From positions 106,334,173 to 106,371,407 of the forward strand of contig NC_068985.1 of NCBI RefSeq assembly GCF_001194135.2: DNA of 37,235 bases, written 5' to 3'. The position numbers and the translations under genes are program-made. Under the pieces are notes generated by a model. The model saw only the letters and a program-made list of their open reading frames with translations, was not told the DNA's origin and made no database searches. Each line of letters begins with the position of its first letter. Position 1 is the stretch's first letter. This stretch comes from Octopus bimaculoides (taxonomy: Eukaryota). This document shows, piece by piece, positions 32,634 to 37,235 of the stretch.

Positions 32634-32792
32634 CGTTTTTTTTTTCGAATTACTATCTGCCAGATCCCCTCACAAGTCTTTGATTGTCACAGGGCTACAA
32701 TAGAAGACACACGACCAAAGTGCATTGTAGTGGGATTGAACTCAAAAAGCCACATGGTTGAGAAGCAAGCTTCTTAAACAAACAGCCGTGCC
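32632..32792 (-). mobile_element. SINE family A (diverged; another diverged copy at ~31340-31440)
   Basis: cacaagtctttga...ctacaatagaagacac...agtgggattgaac...ccacatggttgagaagcaagcttcttaa...acagcc. Confidence 0.75.
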
Positions 32793-33079
32793 TATATAAA
32801 CAAACATTGTAGTATAAACACTAAAATGTTTATCTGCTAAGTAAGGAATGAATGGAACATTTATTGATTATTGGTATATAAAGTTTTGTGTCTCAGATAT
32901 TATTTGCAATTGTAAAGTTTGTATTGAAAAAAAATTTGTTTTATACTTTATATAAGTTTATTTTTCTCCATAGAATTTAACAATAGCCATGTTCTTCTTC
33001 AGTTGCGAATCCTTTGCTGAGTCTTCTTCTTAACCTTTTTGATACAAAACTATTTGAGACTTACCCCCTCTCAGTTTAA

Positions 33080-33299
33080 CCCTTTCGTTACTAACCTGGC
33101 TGAAACTGGCCCTGGCTCTGAGTACAAATATCTTGTTTTCATAAGTTTTGAATTAAAATCTTCCACCAAACCTTAGTCACAATTTATGTTCCTAAAACTA
33201 GCTGAATGATAACTAAATTATTTTACTAAATTCTTTGTTATATTTAAAGTAATTGAAAGAAACACAGAGCATCTCAAAATAAATACAGTAATGAACAGG
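33080..33299. mobile_element. piggyBac-type MITE
   Basis: TTAA at 33076-33079 and 33300-33303. TIRs CCCTTTCGTTAC and GTAATGAACAGG (9 of 12 complementary). Confidence 0.75.
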
Positions 33300-33409
33300 T
33301 TAAATGGGGGTAAATATTACCTCTCAGTATGAGTACTGCCTTTCTTGCTAATATATATTCTTGTTTAAGTCATCTAAATTAAAACCTTCGGTTCAGATTG
33401 TATCTTTTA

Positions 33410-33595
33410 TCACTTACTTGTTTCAGTCATTAGACTGGTCATGCTGGGGCACCGTCATGAAGGGTTTAGCTGATTTAATTTAACTCCAGTCCATACTGTT
33501 TTCCATGTCTGGTATTTATTCTATCAATCCTTTTGCTGAACTGCTAAGTTATGGGTACATAAACAAATTGACACCGGTTGTCAGCAATGACGAGG
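33410..33595 (-). mobile_element. SINE family B
   Basis: cttgtttcagtcattagactggtcatgctggggcacc...ggtatttattctatc...gctgaactgctaagttatggg.acataaac...caccggttgtcagc. Confidence 0.8.
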
Positions 33596-33651
33596 GAACA
33601 AACACAAATACAAACATACTAACCTACACACACACACACACACACACACAC

Positions 33652-33820
33652 GTCATGGGCTTCCACACTGTTTCTAACAACCAAATTCACTCACAAGGCA
33701 TTAATTAGGTTGACCAGCAACTATAGTAGAAGATACAGGACAAAAGTGCTGCACCGTGGGACTGAACCCGAACCACATGGTTGCAAAATGGGCTTCTTAA
33801 CCACACAGCCACACCTGTGT
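33652..33820 (-). mobile_element. SINE family A
   Basis: caaattcactcacaaggca...ctatagtagaagatac...gtgggactgaaccc...ccacatggttgc...cttcttaaccacacagccacacctg. Confidence 0.8.
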
Positions 33821-34184
33821 CTATCATGCAAATTTATGTTCCAAACAACAGCTTCATAATGAGGTCATCTTGTGAATTTATTCAGAATTTTCAAAATTAA
33901 TTCAAGCAAAGAAATTATATTGTGACAGAAATATGGTAACAAAAGAGTTAAAAAACAACAGCAACAGAAAATACTGCAGTGCAGGCAACTGAAGAATCCT
34001 AACTGATAGCATCAATGTTATGTCTGCTATACTTTCTCGTTAGTGAGCAATCTATGGAGTGGAAGTGATTCATTGTTATGTTGTGCATGATATTCCAACT
34101 ACTGCAAAGGAAATGACTGCCTCTAAGATCTAAGATTTATGATCTGCATTGCAGAAGAAGGTGCATGTGCAATAGAGATTCATA

Positions 34185-34357
34185 GGCGCAGGAGTGGCTG
34201 TGTGGTAAGTAACTTGCTTACTAACCACATGGTTCCGGGGTTCAGTCTCACTGCGTGGCATCTTGGGAAAGTGTCTTCTACTATAGCCTCGCGCCGACCA
34301 AAGCCTTGTAGATTGAAACTGAAAGAAGCCTGTCATATATATATATATATATATATA
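34185..34357 (+). mobile_element. SINE family A, least decayed copy, with (TA)n tail
   Basis: ggcgcaggagtggctgtgtggtaag...ggttccggggttcagtctcactgcgtggca...gccgaccaaagcc...gaaactgaaagaagcctgtcatata; retains CpGs. Confidence 0.9.
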
Positions 34358-36245
34358 CGAGAGGAGGAGATGAGTTCATGGATAGTGGCGGACACAGTCT
34401 GTTGGTAGCTGGGCATGGGGCTGGAGGGCAGAGGGCAGTAGAAGGAGGTGTCTTGAAGTTGGCAGAGAGCTTCTGCCTTGTAGAGGTCTGCACGCCACAC
34501 CATCATGGCTCTACCCTTGTTGGCCAGTTTAATGATGATGTCTGTGCAACGTCGGAGACATTGAAGGGTTGAGAGTTCAGCTGGGGAGATGTTCAGATGT
34601 CGGGGACGCCTGGAAAAGTCAAACTGGTCCACAGCATGCTGGCAGGCACCAGCAAAAAGATTGACTGCTTGGAACTGGCCAGGAGCTGGCGTCTACTAGG
34701 ATGGTCAGTGGTCCAGGTCAGTGAAGAAGTCCACCTCATTAGATGCAGGTGTAGTGTCGCAGAAAAGCGCACACAACCTAATGCCGTGCACAAAGCTGTG
34801 GATATCAGCACGAGTCCAAAATTCGTTGCTCGATGGAGTGAGGGCGAATGAAGTGCAGACCCCTACTGAGGAGGGAGAGTTCCGCCTCAGAGAAGGGAAG
34901 ACCTGGAGGAATGGTAACAACAAACTGAAGTGGAGAAGGGGTGGATGGGACNNNNNNNNNNNNNNNNNNNNNNNNNGGATGGGACAGAAGTAGAAGGGGT
35001 GGTAGGGGTGGTGGAAGGCTGGGAAGGAGGGGATGAGGGGTACGTGTGTTTGGAGGACGGGGGTTGGTGGGGGAGCGTATCAGGGATGGAGAGGGGTAGG
35101 GGAGGAGTTGGGGTAGTGGCATTGGGTGTGATGGAATGGAGGAGTGAGTGGAGTTTATGTTGTTTGGTGTGAGCGAGAAATTGATGAACGAGATGGTTTA
35201 AATGGATTATGTAACATAAAGTAGTGTTAGCGTGGGAGGGCGACTGAGAGGAAACGAAAATGGAAAAAGCAAGAGGGAGAAGACAATCGATGGTGTGTAC
35301 TTTGAAGAGATTAGAACAAATGGTGGCACGCATAAGGTGGTAGGATGTAGTATGGAGCATGGGTAGGATGGTTGAAGCAGAGTGGAGAGTGGGATGGAAA
35401 TGGAGGCAGAAACCTTTAGAGAGGAGGCGATGATGAAGGCAGTGACTGAGAAAGGAAACGTGGCTAGAGAAGCGTGTTTTTTTTAAAGTTAGTAAAGAAA
35501 GGTTAATAGAAGGTTGAAAGCAGTGGAAAGATGTTTTTTTAGGCAGTGGTGAAGGTGGAGGAGGAAAGGTTTGTAATTGGACATGATTGAAAAACGAGAA
35601 GAAAAGTGAAAGAAAGGAGAAAAAAAGAAAAATGGGTGGGGGAGAGAAAGGCAAATAAAGATGTGAGGAGGAAAAATTCAAAAGGTGTGGGGAGAAAAAA
35701 ATACAAGAGGTGAGAGGAGAAGAAAAAATAAAAACAAGGAAAGAAGGAGGAAGAAGGAAGAAACAGAGAGAAAGGGGAAGAAAGGGAGAAGTGAAAACAA
35801 AAGGGGAATAAGAAAGGGAGGGAAAGAAAGGCAAGGTAACAAGTGCAGACTGAGAGAAACAACAATAGGAAAAAGCAGAAAGTACAAAAAAGTTTAGAAA
35901 AGTTTAAGAGGTTCAAACATCATGGTGTATTGGAGCGGTTTCTCATCAACGGAAGAGTCCAGTGTAAGCCATGGGTAGAAGGGGTGCAGTCAAAGTGTAG
36001 GAGTCCGAGTATAGGAGAGTAGAAAGTCCAAGCAGAGAATCCAGGTAGAATAGTCCAAGAGAAGTTTGAAGTGATATGAGGTGGAGACGGGATGAAACTG
36101 GTGCGACCATGTGAGCATGTAATATATAGTGAGAATTTACAAAAAAAAGACGAAGACGGGTGTGTGAACAACAAATAGATGTATTAGTTTAACACTTGGG
36201 AAGTGAGAAAGTCTTTTACCTTTTGAGCCTATGCTCTTCGCTGTA
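34358..36245 (-). mobile_element. Penelope-like retroelement, 5' part only (pseudo-LTR, pyrimidine-rich leader, N-terminal ORF), truncated before the RT catalytic core
   Basis: Frameshifted segments TRFSSHVSFLSHCLHHRLLSKGFCLHF, LPFSEAELSLLSRGLHF and NISPAELSTLQCLRRCTDIIIKLANKGRAMMVWRADLYKAEALCQLQDTSFY match the PLE pre-RT motifs (LS..E..LL.KGL.F; N....E..AL..L....DI.IK.ADKG..VV......Y..EA..QL.D...Y). Confidence 0.85.
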
Positions 36246-36390
36246 TTGATCAAACTATTGGATGTTGTTATACACCATACTGGTCATAATGTGCTTCCTC
36301 ATATTGTTGTAGCTTTCAAATGATGCTATCCCTGCTGGATGTTAAACGATGATGATAATGATAAGGATGATGATATATATATGAGTGTGT

Positions 36391-36703
36391 GTGGTCTGAT
36401 CAATAAGTAACCGGACTGTTGCCATAGTAATGAAGCTAAAGCACACAGAATAAAGTTGCTTGGCACAGATTGACCTTGAACTCTGCTGTGCATGCACACT
36501 AAGTTTTAACATTCTAGCTCACTTCCGCTGTTTACAGCAATGCTTGGAAGGGACGTGTGTAGTGTGTGATTGTCGCATTGACCATAACAGAGAATGCTGA
36601 GCAGAGAATTTGCGTCAAATTTTACCAAAAGTTTGGTGATACCTGCTCAGAGGCTTATAGAAACTCTTCAAACTCTTCATTGTTCCTGCTCAGAGGCCTA
36701 CAC
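36391..36703 (+). mobile_element. mariner (Tc1/mariner) left end including the TIR and the first transposase codons
   Basis: ggtctgatcaataagtaaccggactg terminus; ITENAEQRICVKFYQKFGDTCSEAY. Positions 36503-36660 are the reverse complement of 37085-37206. Confidence 0.85.
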
Positions 36704-37206
36704 AAACTCTTCATCTTTCTCAACACAATCAAGGAGATCTTGTGCAACTGAAACCAGAGTATCTTTTTGGTCAGCTAAAAGCAGTTTTGGCACAAACCTG
36801 GAAGACACACACCTCATAACCAAATCTTCAGTGATAATGAACTGAACTGAACTGAACTGAACTGTAACTAATCTGTACATCCCCTGACAACTCATGGATT
36901 GTGATTCAATGATTTTCCCCCTCACAGCTGCATGCACATTTGCAATGTTTTTCTCAGTTCTGCAGGTTGTGGGTCTCCCAGAATTTCTGTCACCATTGAC
37001 ATTTTTTCGACCATCTTGGAAACGTCTTAACCACTCGTACACTTGTGTGCGGCTCATACACTCCTCTCCATACACTTTCTGCAACTTTGTGTAGGCCTCT
37101 GAGCAGGTATCGCCATGACAACTTTCTCTGTTATGGTCAATGTGATGATCATGCACTACACAAGCACTGTTGTAAACAGCAGAAGTGAGTTAGAACATTA
37201 AAACTT
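36698..37206 (-). pseudogene. mariner transposase N-terminal fragment (paired HTH domains to the WVPHEL-equivalent linker), no DDD catalytic domain
   Basis: GDTCSEAYTKLQKVYGEECMSRTQVYEWLRRFQDGRKNV...SGRPTTCRT...EDLVMRCVSSRFVPKLL...QKDTLVSVAQDLL. An internal (ACTGA)n expansion lies at 36838-36865. Confidence 0.9.
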
Positions 37207-37235
37207 TATTTAACTCTATTTATATATATATATAT

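Noticed and set aside
32385-32777. 130-aa Cys/Met/Tyr/Val-rich ORF
   Set aside because: Translation of the (GTAT)n/(GT)n microsatellite.
35539-35916. Phe/Leu/Ser-rich and Lys/Arg/Glu-rich ORFs
   Set aside because: Low-complexity purine/pyrimidine leader of the Penelope-like element.

Overview
AT-rich, repeat-dense eukaryotic genomic DNA with five assembly gaps. The SINE, RTE-tail and mariner families resemble those I associate with Octopus genomes; this taxon call is inference, not a database result. The one confidently identified gene is an uninterrupted 523-aa PP2C-family mitochondrial pyruvate dehydrogenase phosphatase (PDP1/2-like) at 10966-12537 (-). Most of the rest is transposon debris: RTE and CR1 LINE pieces, several tRNA-type SINE families, hAT- and piggyBac-type MITEs, a 3'-truncated Penelope-like element and a rearranged mariner. 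Unidentified exon-like segments occur on both strands. Best leads: (1) a hAT MITE with an intact 8-bp TSD carrying ~165 bp of 28S rRNA, with an empty copy of the same MITE in the window for comparison; (2) a compact DREAM/Myb-MuvB-type promoter signature (CDE-4 nt-CHR, CCAAT boxes, five perfect TAACGGT sites) beside an unrecognised first coding exon; (3) an RTE LINE whose whole RT domain is deleted; (4) a fold-back mariner with a patchwork junction; (5) hammerhead-ribozyme-like remnants of Penelope pseudo-LTRs. No CRISPR arrays, prokaryotic features or intact tRNA/rRNA genes were seen.
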